Origin: Trueperaceae bacterium
GTDB taxonomy: Bacteria > Deinococcota > Deinococci > Deinococcales > Trueperaceae
NCBI GenBank assembly: GCA_965213705.1
Contig: OZ243913.1
Coordinates: 3,136,001-3,200,000, forward strand
DNA length: 64,000 nt
Direction of reading: 5' to 3'
The notes under the pieces were generated by a model that worked only from the letters and a program-made list of their open reading frames with translations, searched no databases and was not told the origin of the DNA. Below, one piece after another: positions 41,558-50,929 of this stretch (within the stretch, counting starts at the first letter, position 1; the number at the start of each line of letters is the position of its first letter). A program made the position numbers and the translations under genes.

Positions 41558-42028
41558 ATGAAGCTCGAGGGTTCGCACACGATTTCGGCCCCGCGCAGCG
41601 TCGTTTGGGAGATGTTGCAAGACCCGGACGTCCTCGCCCAGGCCACGCCCGGCGCAAAAAGTATGGAAAAAGAGGGCGAGGACGCTTACACGGCAACGCT
41701 CGACATCGGCATCGGCCCGGTGCGCGGCACCTTCGACGGCCGTGTCCACATCAGCGACAAAGACGAGCCCGAAGCCATGACCCTGAACGTCCAGGGACAA
41801 GGCGGTCCGGGCGGTATCAAAGCCGTAGGGAGGTTGCGGTTGGAGGACAAGGGCGACCAAACCGTCATCCACTGGGCGGGCGAGCCGCAGATTTCGGGGC
41901 GTTTGGCCGCGGTCGGCGCGCGCCTCGTCGGCGGCGTCGCCAAAAAGATGGCGGGGCAGTTTTTCGACAGCGTCGACAAGCAGGCACAAGGCTACCAAGC
42001 AACCAAGGCAGCAAAAACCACAGCGTAA
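41558..42028 (+). CDS. coxG: CoxG / SRPBCC protein
   Basis: VW..L.DP..L....PG, G.L..VG.RL, QFF; first gene of the cox cluster. Confidence 0.85.
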   Translation: MKLEGSHTISAPRSVVWEMLQDPDVLAQATPGAKSMEKEGEDAYTATLDIGIGPVRGTFDGRVHISDKDEPEAMTLNVQGQGGPGGIKAVGRLRLEDKGDQTVIHWAGEPQISGRLAAVGARLVGGVAKKMAGQFFDSVDKQAQGYQATKAAKTTA

Positions 42029-42040
42029 GGACGGGTGTCA

Positions 42041-42526
42041 ATGGAAGTCACAGTAGAAGTCAACGGTCAGAGTTACAGCCGCGACGTCGAGCCGCGAACG
42101 CTCCTCGTCCACTTCGTCCGCGAGCACTTAGGCCTCACCGGCACGCACGTCGGTTGCGAAACCACAACCTGCGGCGCGTGTACGGTCTTGCTGGACGGTG
42201 ACGCGGTGAAGTCCTGCAACGTGCTCGCGGTCCAAGCCGACGGCATGAAAGTTACCACCGTCGAAGGCCTTGCCAAGGGCAGCGAGCTTCACCCCATCCA
42301 AGAAGGCTTTTGGGAGGAGCACGGTCTGCAGTGCGGCTACTGCACGCCCGGCTTTTTGATGGCGACGGTGCAGTTGCTCGAGCGCAACCCCAGTCCCAGC
42401 GAAGAAGAGATTCGCCACGGCCTGGACGGCAACCTGTGCCGCTGCACGGGCTACCACAACATCGTCAAGGCCGTGAAGTATGCCGCCGAGAAAATGCAGG
42501 GCCAACAAGCAGTCGCCGCGGACTAA
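42041..42526 (+). CDS. coxS: Molybdenum hydroxylase 2Fe-2S subunit
   Basis: [27 protein letters not shown]. Confidence 0.93.
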   Translation: MEVTVEVNGQSYSRDVEPRTLLVHFVREHLGLTGTHVGCETTTCGACTVLLDGDAVKSCNVLAVQADGMKVTTVEGLAKGSELHPIQEGFWEEHGLQCGYCTPGFLMATVQLLERNPSPSEEEIRHGLDGNLCRCTGYHNIVKAVKYAAEKMQGQQAVAAD

Positions 42527-42672
42527 CGCGAGGGCTCGAGCCTACTACAGACCTCTAAGGTTGAGCATGTAGGTTTTTAGATGAGCGCTTTTTAGGACCT
42601 TGGCGAACAGCCTGACAAAATTGCAAACGGACGAGACTGTAAACAGACAAGGCGACAGACAAGGAGCAAAGC

Positions 42673-45051
42673 ATGAGCGAAACTCCAAACGAGACCTTTT
42701 TCGGTAAACCCGTCAAGCGCAAGGAAGACCCGCGCTTTATCACCGGGCGCGGCAACTACGTCGACGACATGAACCTGTCCCGGCAGGTCCACGTGGCGAT
42801 GGTGCGCAGCCCCCACGCGCACGCGACGATTAAGTCCGTCAACGTGGACAAGGCCAAGGCCCACCCCGGCGTGATTGACGTGATTGTGGGCCAGGAAATG
42901 CTCGACGCGGGCATCGGCTCGATTCCAGCGGGCTGGCTGCTTGACGGCCTCAAAACGCCGCCTCACTACGCCATAACCGTCGACAAGGCGCGGCACCAGG
43001 GCGAAATCGTCGCGGCCGTCATCGCCGAAGACCGGCACGCGGCTGAAGACGCAACCGACCTGGTCGAGGTCGAGTACGAAACGCTCTCCGGCGTCGCCCA
43101 TCCGGGTAAAGCTTTGGAGGACGGGATAGCTCAGGTCCACGACGACGCCCCCGGCAACGTCGCTTTTCAGTGGTCCATCGGCGACAAAGAGGCGACCGAC
43201 GCGAACTTCGCTCGAGCCGCCAAAACGGTCAAGCTGACGCTGCGCAACAACCGACTTATTCCCAACGCCATCGAACCGCGGGCCTCGATTGCCGACTTCA
43301 ACCCCGGCACCGGCGAGTACACGCTCTACACCACGAGTCAAAACCCGCACGTCCACCGACTGATCATCGCGGCCTTTGTAATGGGGATTCCCGAGCACAA
43401 ACTGAGGGTGGTGAGCCCCGATGTCGGCGGCGGTTTCGGCTCGAAAATTTTCCAGTATCCCGAAGAAATTATCGTCCTGTACGCCTCGAAAAAGCTGGGC
43501 CGCCCGGTCAAGTGGACGGCGAAGCGATCGGAAAGTTTTCTGACCGACAGCCACGGCCGCGACCACGCCAGCGAGGCGGAGATGGCCGTCGACGAAAACG
43601 CCAACATCATCGGGCTGCGCGTGAAGACGGCGGCGAACTTAGGCGCTTACCTGACGCTGTTCGCGCCCGCCGTGCCGACGTACCTTTACGGCACGCTGCT
43701 CGCGGGGCCGTACAGGACGCCCGCGATTCACTGCGAGGTCACGGGTGTGTTTACCAACACGACGCCCGTGGACGCCTACCGCGGCGCGGGCCGGCCCGAG
43801 GCGACGTACCTCGTCGAGCGCATGGTGAGCCGCATGGCGCAAGAGTTGGACATGGACGCGGCCGAGTTTCGCCGCCAGAACTTCATCGCGCCCGATGCGT
43901 TTCCTTACCAAACGCCGGTCGCCCTCGTTTACGACAGCGGCAACTACGGCCCGGCGCTCGACAAGGCTTTGGAGCGCGCCGGTTACGCCGACCTGCGTAA
44001 ACAACAGGCTGAAATGCGCAAGCAAGGGCGTTACATGGGTATCGGTTTTTCGACGTACTTGGAGGCTTGCGGCTTAGCGCCCTCGGCCCTCGTCGGCACG
44101 CTGGGCGCGCAGGCGGGGCAGTGGGAAAGCAGCCTCATCCGGGTCGCGCCGACCGGCAAGGTTGAAGTTTTCACCGGCTCGCACAGCCACGGGCAAGGGC
44201 ACGAGACGGCCTTCGCGCAAATCGTCGCCGACGAGTTCGGGGTAGGTATGGACGACGTCGAAATCGTCCACGGCGACACGGCCAAGATGCCCTTTGGTTG
44301 GGGCACCTACGGCTCGAGAAGCGCCCCCGTCGGCGCGAGCGCCATCGTCAAGGCGGTGGGTAAGGTCAAGGACAAAGCCAAGAAAATCGCGGCGCACCTG
44401 TTAGAGGCTCGAGAAGAAGACATGGAGTTCGAGAACGGCAGTTTTCACCCCAAGGGCTCGCCCGACAAGTCGGTGAGTTTTACCGACATCGCGCTGCAAG
44501 CTTACCTGGCGCACAACTATCCGGCAGACTTGGAACCGGGGCTCGAGGCGACCGCGTTTTACGACCCACAGAACTTCGTCTACCCGTTCGGCACGCACAT
44601 CGCCGTGGTCGAGGTGCAGCCGGACACAGGGCACGTTACAGTCCTCCGTTACATCGCCGTGGACGACTGCGGGCCGCAAATCAACCCCTTAATCGTGCAG
44701 GGCCAGGTTCACGGCGGCATCGCGCAGGGCGTGGCGCAGGCGCTTTACGAAAACGCGCTCTACGACGACAACGCGCAGCTCCTCAGCGCCAACTACATGG
44801 AATATGCGCTGCCGCGCGCCGAGAACTTCCCGAGTTTTGAAATCGACCACACCGTCACGCCGAGCCCGCACAACCCGCTGGGCGTCAAGGGTATCGGCGA
44901 GGCGGGCTGTATCGCCAGCACCGCGGCGATGGCGAACGCTGTGAACGACGCACTCGAGCCCTTCGGCATTCAACATCTCGACATGCCGCTGAGCCCGCCC
45001 CGCATCTGGCAAGCCATTCAGGACGCCGCGCCCGCGCAAGCGGCGGACTAG
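42673..45051 (+). CDS. coxL: Molybdenum hydroxylase large subunit, form II CoxL-like
   Basis: R.EDPRFITG.G.Y.DD, GGGFGSK, AYRGAGR, GQGHET, KGIGEAG. Confidence 0.88.
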   Translation: MSETPNETFFGKPVKRKEDPRFITGRGNYVDDMNLSRQVHVAMVRSPHAHATIKSVNVDKAKAHPGVIDVIVGQEMLDAGIGSIPAGWLLDGLKTPPHYAITVDKARHQGEIVAAVIAEDRHAAEDATDLVEVEYETLSGVAHPGKALEDGIAQVHDDAPGNVAFQWSIGDKEATDANFARAAKTVKLTLRNNRLIPNAIEPRASIADFNPGTGEYTLYTTSQNPHVHRLIIAAFVMGIPEHKLRVVSPDVGGGFGSKIFQYPEEIIVLYASKKLGRPVKWTAKRSESFLTDSHGRDHASEAEMAVDENANIIGLRVKTAANLGAYLTLFAPAVPTYLYGTLLAGPYRTPAIHCEVTGVFTNTTPVDAYRGAGRPEATYLVERMVSRMAQELDMDAAEFRRQNFIAPDAFPYQTPVALVYDSGNYGPALDKALERAGYADLRKQQAEMRKQGRYMGIGFSTYLEACGLAPSALVGTLGAQAGQWESSLIRVAPTGKVEVFTGSHSHGQGHETAFAQIVADEFGVGMDDVEIVHGDTAKMPFGWGTYGSRSAPVGASAIVKAVGKVKDKAKKIAAHLLEAREEDMEFENGSFHPKGSPDKSVSFTDIALQAYLAHNYPADLEPGLEATAFYDPQNFVYPFGTHIAVVEVQPDTGHVTVLRYIAVDDCGPQINPLIVQGQVHGGIAQGVAQALYENALYDDNAQLLSANYMEYALPRAENFPSFEIDHTVTPSPHNPLGVKGIGEAGCIASTAAMANAVNDALEPFGIQHLDMPLSPPRIWQAIQDAAPAQAAD

Positions 45052-45058
45052 GAGATTT

Positions 45059-45916
45059 ATGTACCCCGAAGCCTTCACCTACCACGCGCCCTCGTCGCTG
45101 GACGAAGTCCTGTCACTCATGCAGGAACACGGTTACGACGCCAAAGTGTTGGCAGGCGGCCACAGCCTGCTCCCGACCATGAAGCTGCGCCTCGCCACAC
45201 CCGCGCACCTCATCGACCTGAAAAACCTCAGAAGCGAGCTGCGCTATATTCGTGAAGAGGGCGAATCGCTCACCATCGGCGCGCTCACCACGTACCAGGA
45301 CCTGATAGATTCCGAGCTGGTGCGCGCCAAAGCTCCACTGCTCGCCGAAACTCTGGAGCACGTCGGCGACATGCAGGTGCGCAACTTGGGCACCTTAGGC
45401 GGCTCGATTGCCCACGCCGACCCCGCGGGCGACCCACCCGCGGCGATTTTGGCGCTGAACGCGACGATGACGATTCGCGGCCCCGACGGCGAACGCACCG
45501 TGGGGGCGGACGAGTTTTTCCACGGCTTTTTCGAAACTGCCGTCGGCGAGGGCGAAATCCTGACCGAAATTCGTATTCCAGCGCAAACGGGCGGCTCCTC
45601 GTACCAGAAGTTTCGCCACCCCGCGAGCGGCTACGCGGTCTGCGGCGCGGCGGTAGTGTTGGAGAAGTCCGGCGACCAGGTTGCCAGCTGCCGCGTCGCC
45701 TTGACCGGCGTGTCCGAGGGCGCGTACCGCGCTACGGGTGTGGAAGATGCGCTCATGGGTCAAGGCTACAGTGCCGACCTAGCCGCCGACGCCGCCGCCC
45801 ACGCGACGGACGGTATCGACCCGCTGGAAGACACCTTTGCCGACGCCGCTTACCGCCGCCAACTCGCCAAAACGCTTACCAAGCGGGCGGTTCAGGCGGC
45901 TTGGGAAAACGCCTAA
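45059..45916 (+). CDS. coxM: Molybdenum hydroxylase FAD subunit
   Basis: LAGGHSLLP.MKLR, QVRN.GT.GG..AHADP. Confidence 0.92.
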   Translation: MYPEAFTYHAPSSLDEVLSLMQEHGYDAKVLAGGHSLLPTMKLRLATPAHLIDLKNLRSELRYIREEGESLTIGALTTYQDLIDSELVRAKAPLLAETLEHVGDMQVRNLGTLGGSIAHADPAGDPPAAILALNATMTIRGPDGERTVGADEFFHGFFETAVGEGEILTEIRIPAQTGGSSYQKFRHPASGYAVCGAAVVLEKSGDQVASCRVALTGVSEGAYRATGVEDALMGQGYSADLAADAAAHATDGIDPLEDTFADAAYRRQLAKTLTKRAVQAAWENA

Positions 45917-45929
45917 ACTGCTTTTCAAC

Positions 45930-45962
45930 GCAAAAAGGCCGAGCGACGCTCGGCCTTTTTGC
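45930..45962. terminator. Bidirectional intrinsic terminator
   Basis: GCAAAAAGGCCGAGCG-A-CGCTCGGCCTTTTTGC between convergent genes. Confidence 0.85.
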
Positions 45963-45979
45963 ACGAAACCCAGTCTTCC

Positions 45980-46291
45980 CTACGCGTTTCCGCCCTCCGG
46001 ACGGTGCAACGTCTCGGCCCAGGTGTCGACCTGCTCTTCGGCGGCTCGAGCCTCGAGCCCATAGCGTTCTTGCACTGCAGCGACAAACCTGTCGCGGTCA
46101 CCCTCGGTAGCGTCGATTTCGTTGTCGCTCAAGAGGGGCCAGTGTTCGTGGATACGACCCTTCAAACGTTGCCAGTCCGCCTGTATAAAGGTCCACGACT
46201 CGCCCTGGCGGTTGCTAGCGGGTGGCGCTTCGACTGCCGAACGTTCTTTGATGCGCTCCGCGATACCGTCTAAATCGTCATCACTTGCCAT
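45980..46291 (-). CDS. CsbD-like general stress protein
   Basis: W..LKG.I...W..L.D.E....EG.RD......QERYG...AE.QV..W. Confidence 0.75.
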   Translation of the reverse strand: MASDDDLDGIAERIKERSAVEAPPASNRQGESWTFIQADWQRLKGRIHEHWPLLSDNEIDATEGDRDRFVAAVQERYGLEARAAEEQVDTWAETLHRPEGGNA

Positions 46292-46667
46292 AGCTGCTCC
46301 TCACTGAAACGCCACTTGCCGGACACTTCACTCAGGACACTGTTCGCCGGCGCAGGGGCTAATGACACCGCTTAGGGGCGTTTCCATTCTTGAACTTTAC
46401 ACTCTCGAACATTACGACGCCACACCGAGCACGAGTATAGCCCAAGGGCCTTTCAAACCTGCGCGGTAACTACATGTGCGGTAACTACGAACGTTGGACT
46501 CAAAAAGCGCGTTCGACCGCCCCCTGTTGAAACCGTCGCGAACATAGAAAAATCCACCTGTGCTCTCTACAGAGTTAGCCTGTTTCATCCAAGGGTGAAC
46601 CGCCGGCAAGCTAAACCCTCAGCATTCAAAAGTGTTCAAACTCGCAAAAATCAAATGAAATACGATG

Positions 46668-46709
46668 ACACGAGAAAGAGGTTGACAGAACCCCTTTCTC
46701 GTGTATAAT
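46668..46709 (+). promoter_or_regulatory. Consensus promoter embedded in a 16-bp-arm inverted repeat
   Basis: TTGACA (46682) -16 nt- TATAAT (46704); ACACGAGAAAGAGGTT-gacag-AACCCCTTTCTCGTGT with 1 mismatch. Confidence 0.75.
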
Positions 46710-46713
46710 GACA

Positions 46714-46774
46714 AGCAAGAGAGGTTCTCAGCAAACGCTGCCCCCCGGCGGAGAATCTCTCTTTTTCGTTTTTT
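46714..46774 (+). ncRNA. Candidate ~60-nt small RNA (hairpin with C-rich loop and U-tract)
   Basis: Immediately after the -10: AAGAGAGGTTCTC...CGCTG-CCCCC-CGGCG-GAGAATCTCTCTT then TTTCGTTTTTT; no ORF downstream on +. Confidence 0.5.
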
Positions 46775-46925
46775 ACCTACACATTTTTCTTAATAGCTCT
46801 TCAGTCGATTACAAGTCTAAGTAGTTCTTCAAGACATTGCTAGAAACGTCTGTTGACCTGTACGAGTACACCTAACTAAATTTAGCAGTACGTTTGTACC
46901 TGATTTTTAATTCACACTGACAGAC

Positions 46926-47570
46926 TCAGATTATCGGGCTGTTTGCCAGTCCTAGGTCCCTTGCCCAAACCGCAAGTTCTACGCGGGAATGCACACCGAC
47001 TTTGTCGTAAATGCGACTGACGTAGTTGCGTATGGTTTGTTCGGCCAGGTCGAGTTCGTTGGCGATGTCGCCGTTGTCTTTGCCCTGGGCGACCAAGTTC
47101 AAGACGTCGCGCTCACGGTCGGTCAGGTCCCTGAGAACGCTGTCACTGAGGCTGACTTCGTGGAGTTTGCTGAAGACCGCCCGGCTGAACCAAGTTCCGC
47201 CGTGCCCGACTGTTCGCACCGCACTGATGAGTGCATCGGGAACTTCGTCTTTCAAAATATAGCCCGCAATGCCGGCCTTGACGAGGCTCCGCACGTACAC
47301 GCCGTCGTCGGACGCTGTCAGGACCAACACGTTGACCTCCGGGGCGGCGTCTTTGAGTGAGGTCAAAACCTCGAGAAAAGAGGGGCCGGGCATGTTCAAG
47401 TCAAGGATGAGTACGTGAGGCGCGAGACGCCGGCACAAACTCTGTACCTCGTTGCCGTTCGACGCCTCCCCCACGATGCGGATTTCAGCGGCGCCGCTGA
47501 GCGTGGCGCGAATGCCGGAGCGCATCAGCGGGTGGTCGTCCGCAATCACAACGCCGATAAACTCGGCCAT
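46926..47570 (-). CDS. NarL/FixJ family response regulator (orphan)
   Basis: IADDHP..R.G, LDLNMP, GYILKD, LuxR HTH LT.RE..VL.L...G..N..IA..L. Confidence 0.92.
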   Translation of the reverse strand: MAEFIGVVIADDHPLMRSGIRATLSGAAEIRIVGEASNGNEVQSLCRRLAPHVLILDLNMPGPSFLEVLTSLKDAAPEVNVLVLTASDDGVYVRSLVKAGIAGYILKDEVPDALISAVRTVGHGGTWFSRAVFSKLHEVSLSDSVLRDLTDRERDVLNLVAQGKDNGDIANELDLAEQTIRNYVSRIYDKVGVHSRVELAVWARDLGLANSPII

Positions 47571-47790
47571 CAGGGTCTACCTCTGGAGGACAGTCTCACC
47601 TCTAACATCCTATCCTATTTTTACACAACTTCGTGGAGTCAGACTTCAAAACCGTACAATGTCCGTTCGTGGCTCGAGTGCGAGACACAGGACGTTTCAA
47701 GACTCCACACACGTGTGGGTGTTCGCAAAAAAGTAGCGGAAAAGCAGGAAAAGCGAACGCCGACGATTGATACAACCACGCTCAAGTTTC

Positions 47791-47819
47791 TTGACAAATT
47801 TCCGCCCGTCCTGTATAAT
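47791..47819 (+). promoter_or_regulatory. Perfect sigma70 promoter of the second sigma gene
   Basis: TTGACA-17 nt-TATAAT; GGAGG RBS just before the ATG at 47966. Confidence 0.85.
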
Positions 47820-47965
47820 TTTGGGTAGATATGTGAGTTTTTCGGCAGCTTTTCTCAAACGTTTTTCCACCGGCAAATTTCTACCGGCAATTTCCACCGA
47901 CAAACCAACTTTTTCAGGGACGCTCCAACAGCGTTCCCCGTTTCAGGCTCAAGGAGGGCAACGGT

Positions 47966-49330
47966 ATGGCTACCGCACTACAAGCGACCAATCACGGTTG
48001 GTTCGAAGCACCCGAAATTCAAGCCCTGTTCGAAGAGGGTTCTTCGCAGGGCACACTTCAACTCGACGACGTTCGTCAGGCCTTCGACGCGCTCGTCTTA
48101 ACGGACGCGTTCGAGGTCGACGCAGCCGAGGACTTCGGCGTCCTCACGGACGTGCTGAACGCTCGAGGTATCGAGCTGGAAAGCGACTCGGACGGCGCGC
48201 AACAGGAACTCGACGACGCTGAGGTTGACGCTGAAATTGACGGCGAAGACGACTTGAGCCTGGACGACGCGGACGAAGGTTTTGAGGCCGACGGCGACTT
48301 AGACGGCGACCTGGACGAAGACCTAGACGACCCGGACGAAGGTGTGAGCGACCGCGATGCCGCCGAGGAGGCGGCCAGCGACGAGTTCTACGCCCGTTCT
48401 GCCAACAAGGTCGACACCACCGACCCGGTACGGCACTACCTGAGCGAAATCGGCCGAGTGCCGCTCCTGACCCGGTCCGAGGAAATCGACCTGGCGCGGC
48501 GCATCGAGGCGGGCGAGGAAGCCAAAGAGCGGCTCGAGGCCGCCGGTTTGTCTGAGCGTGACCGCCGCGCGCTCCAGCGGGTTGTAGAAGATGCCGACAT
48601 GGCTCGTGGCAGCATGATTAATGCCAACCTGCGCCTCGTCGTGTCGGTCGCCAAAAAGTACAAGGGGCGCGGCCTGAGCCTCCTCGACCTTATCCAAGAG
48701 GGCAACCAAGGACTGATGCACGCGGTCGAAAAGTTCGACTACAAACGCGGCTTCAAGTTCAGCACCTACGCCCACTGGTGGATTCGCCAGTCGGTGAGCC
48801 GCGCGGTCAACAACCAGTCGCGCACCATCCGCCTGCCCGTCCACATGATTGAGACCGTGAGCAAGCTGCGCGCCGCCAGCAAACGGCTCGAGCAAGACCT
48901 CTCCCGCGACCCCACCTTCGAGGAAATCGCGCACGCCCTGGGGCCGGACTGGACAGCCGAAAAGGTCGAGGAGACGATTCAGTTCGCCCGCGAACCCATG
49001 TCGTTAGAAAAGCCCGTCGGCGAGGACGAAGGCACCTACCTGGGCGACTTTATCGAGGACGAGAGCATCGTCTCCCCCGTCGAGCAGACGATGCAGACTG
49101 CGCTTGGCGAAACCCTGGACGAAGCCTTCGGCTTTCTGGACGACCGCGAAGCTAAGATTCTCAAGATGCGCTACGGACTCTTAGACGGCGAAGAGCACAC
49201 GCTGGAGCAAGTCGGCGACGTGCTCGGCGTGACCCGCGAACGGGTACGCCAACTCGAAGCCCGCGCCATGCGCAAGCTCAAGTACTTCGAGAAACGCAAC
49301 CGCAAACTGCGCGACTTCTTAAGCGTGTAA
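47966..49330 (+). CDS. Second RpoD-family sigma factor (group 1/2 paralog)
   Basis: [61 protein letters not shown]...[10 protein letters not shown]. Confidence 0.93.
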   Translation: MATALQATNHGWFEAPEIQALFEEGSSQGTLQLDDVRQAFDALVLTDAFEVDAAEDFGVLTDVLNARGIELESDSDGAQQELDDAEVDAEIDGEDDLSLDDADEGFEADGDLDGDLDEDLDDPDEGVSDRDAAEEAASDEFYARSANKVDTTDPVRHYLSEIGRVPLLTRSEEIDLARRIEAGEEAKERLEAAGLSERDRRALQRVVEDADMARGSMINANLRLVVSVAKKYKGRGLSLLDLIQEGNQGLMHAVEKFDYKRGFKFSTYAHWWIRQSVSRAVNNQSRTIRLPVHMIETVSKLRAASKRLEQDLSRDPTFEEIAHALGPDWTAEKVEETIQFAREPMSLEKPVGEDEGTYLGDFIEDESIVSPVEQTMQTALGETLDEAFGFLDDREAKILKMRYGLLDGEEHTLEQVGDVLGVTRERVRQLEARAMRKLKYFEKRNRKLRDFLSV

Positions 49331-49343
49331 CCAGGCTCGCACG

Positions 49344-49378
49344 AAAGCGACCTCGTAAGGTAACGGGGTCGCTTTTAT
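49344..49378 (+). terminator. Intrinsic terminator after the second sigma gene
   Basis: AAAGCGACCTCGT / ACGGGGTCGCTTT stem followed by T-rich tail. Confidence 0.75.
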
Positions 49379-49464
49379 TGCTCGACCAGCGACTACCCAG
49401 CCCTCGCTCAGCGAGCGCGGCGCAGTTCAAAATCGGTCCCGCGGCCTTCATGATGACACCGGGA

Positions 49465-50703
49465 TTATCTCTTGCGGTGCCTGGCTCTTACCAATCGGTC
49501 GAGGTTGCGCATCACATAGCTAGCGCTCGAGCCGTGAACTATCATCGAGACGAGGATGACGAAGCTGACGGTCGACCACAGTAGGGCGGCACCGTCGAAG
49601 GCTTCTCGGTTGAGGGCGTAGGCCAAATAGTAAAGCGAGCCGACGCCCCTGATACCGTAAAAACTGATAACCAAACGCTCATCGCGGGGATGGCTCGAGC
49701 CCAGCAGGGCGACTAAGCCTGTGAGCGGGCGAATCACGAAGATGATCGCCAAACCCGCCAGCGCCGCCTGCCAGGTGAGGTGGACGAGCAGCCCCTCGGC
49801 AAGCAAGCCTCCAAAAAGGACGAGCAGGAGCGCCATCAAAAGGCGCTCGAACACCTCTGAAAAGTCGTGCAGTTCTTGATGGTGGCTGTGCGTGCGCTCG
49901 TTCTGCCTGACCACGAGCGCCGCGACGAACACAGCCAGAAACCCGTAGCCGTGCAGAAGCTCGGTCACACCGTAGGCGACAAAGGTGATGGCGAGAACGA
50001 CGAAACCTTCGCGCGTTTTCGAGATGTCCGGAAAAGACTCCACCCGAAAGAGGAGTTGGGCGAGCGCAAAGCCGACAGCAACCCCGGCAACGACCGCCAA
50101 CAGGGTCTTGTACAAAACGTCCATCATAAACCAGTCTTGAAGCCAGGTCATACCCGGTACCCCCACCAGGGCGATGGCTAGGTAGGTAAAGGGAAAAGCG
50201 AGCCCGTCGTTCAGCCCCGCTTCGGAGGTCAGGGCGAAGCGAACTTCCCCCTCTTTCTCCTCATGAGGAGCCCCGACCTGGATGTCCGAGGCGAGCACAG
50301 GATCGGTCGGAGCGAGCACCGCGCCCAGCAGTAAGGCAGAGGCCGGAGCCAGACCTATCAACCACCAACCCGTCAAAGCTACGGCGGCGACGCAAAGCGG
50401 CATTCCAACGCCCAGAAGCCGCCAGGTCAAGCCCCAACTCTTCCAACCGACGGGCCGACTCAACTTCAACCCCGCTCCGGTCAGCGCGACGATGACGAGC
50501 AACTCTGTAAAATGCTGGGTAAAGCGGCCACTTTCCAAGGGGTTGGGCAGATAAACCCCTATGGGAAGGCTGAACAACAGGACACCGGCGACCACATACA
50601 GGGTCGGAAAAGACACGGGCGACTGGTCGACGAGGTGAGGAAGCCAAGCAGCCCCGATAAAGGCAAAACCTGTCAGGGTGAGGGTCACGATATAGGGGTC
50701 CAC
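49465..50703 (-). CDS. NhaP-type (CPA1) cation:proton antiporter
   Basis: LAPTDPVLA, LTSEAGLNDGLAFPF, YGIRGVGS.YY. Confidence 0.9.
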   Translation of the reverse strand: MDPYIVTLTLTGFAFIGAAWLPHLVDQSPVSFPTLYVVAGVLLFSLPIGVYLPNPLESGRFTQHFTELLVIVALTGAGLKLSRPVGWKSWGLTWRLLGVGMPLCVAAVALTGWWLIGLAPASALLLGAVLAPTDPVLASDIQVGAPHEEKEGEVRFALTSEAGLNDGLAFPFTYLAIALVGVPGMTWLQDWFMMDVLYKTLLAVVAGVAVGFALAQLLFRVESFPDISKTREGFVVLAITFVAYGVTELLHGYGFLAVFVAALVVRQNERTHSHHQELHDFSEVFERLLMALLLVLFGGLLAEGLLVHLTWQAALAGLAIIFVIRPLTGLVALLGSSHPRDERLVISFYGIRGVGSLYYLAYALNREAFDGAALLWSTVSFVILVSMIVHGSSASYVMRNLDRLVRARHRKR

Positions 50704-50929
50704 AGACCACCTCCTTGACTAGTCGGGTTCATAGCGCTACTTAAACTCGCCCCGGCCCGGAACAAAGTTTGAACCAAACAGCTTAAACAGACAGCCGCGA
50801 CCAAAGCTCTTCGCAGCAGCCTGGGCTCGAGCAACGAGCCTTTTTTCTCCTCGGCGTCCGCAGTTTCAAATTGATGCTGAAGACGCTCGAGCCAGCACGC
50901 GTCAGGCCTACGGCTTGCCACCGGCGGCT

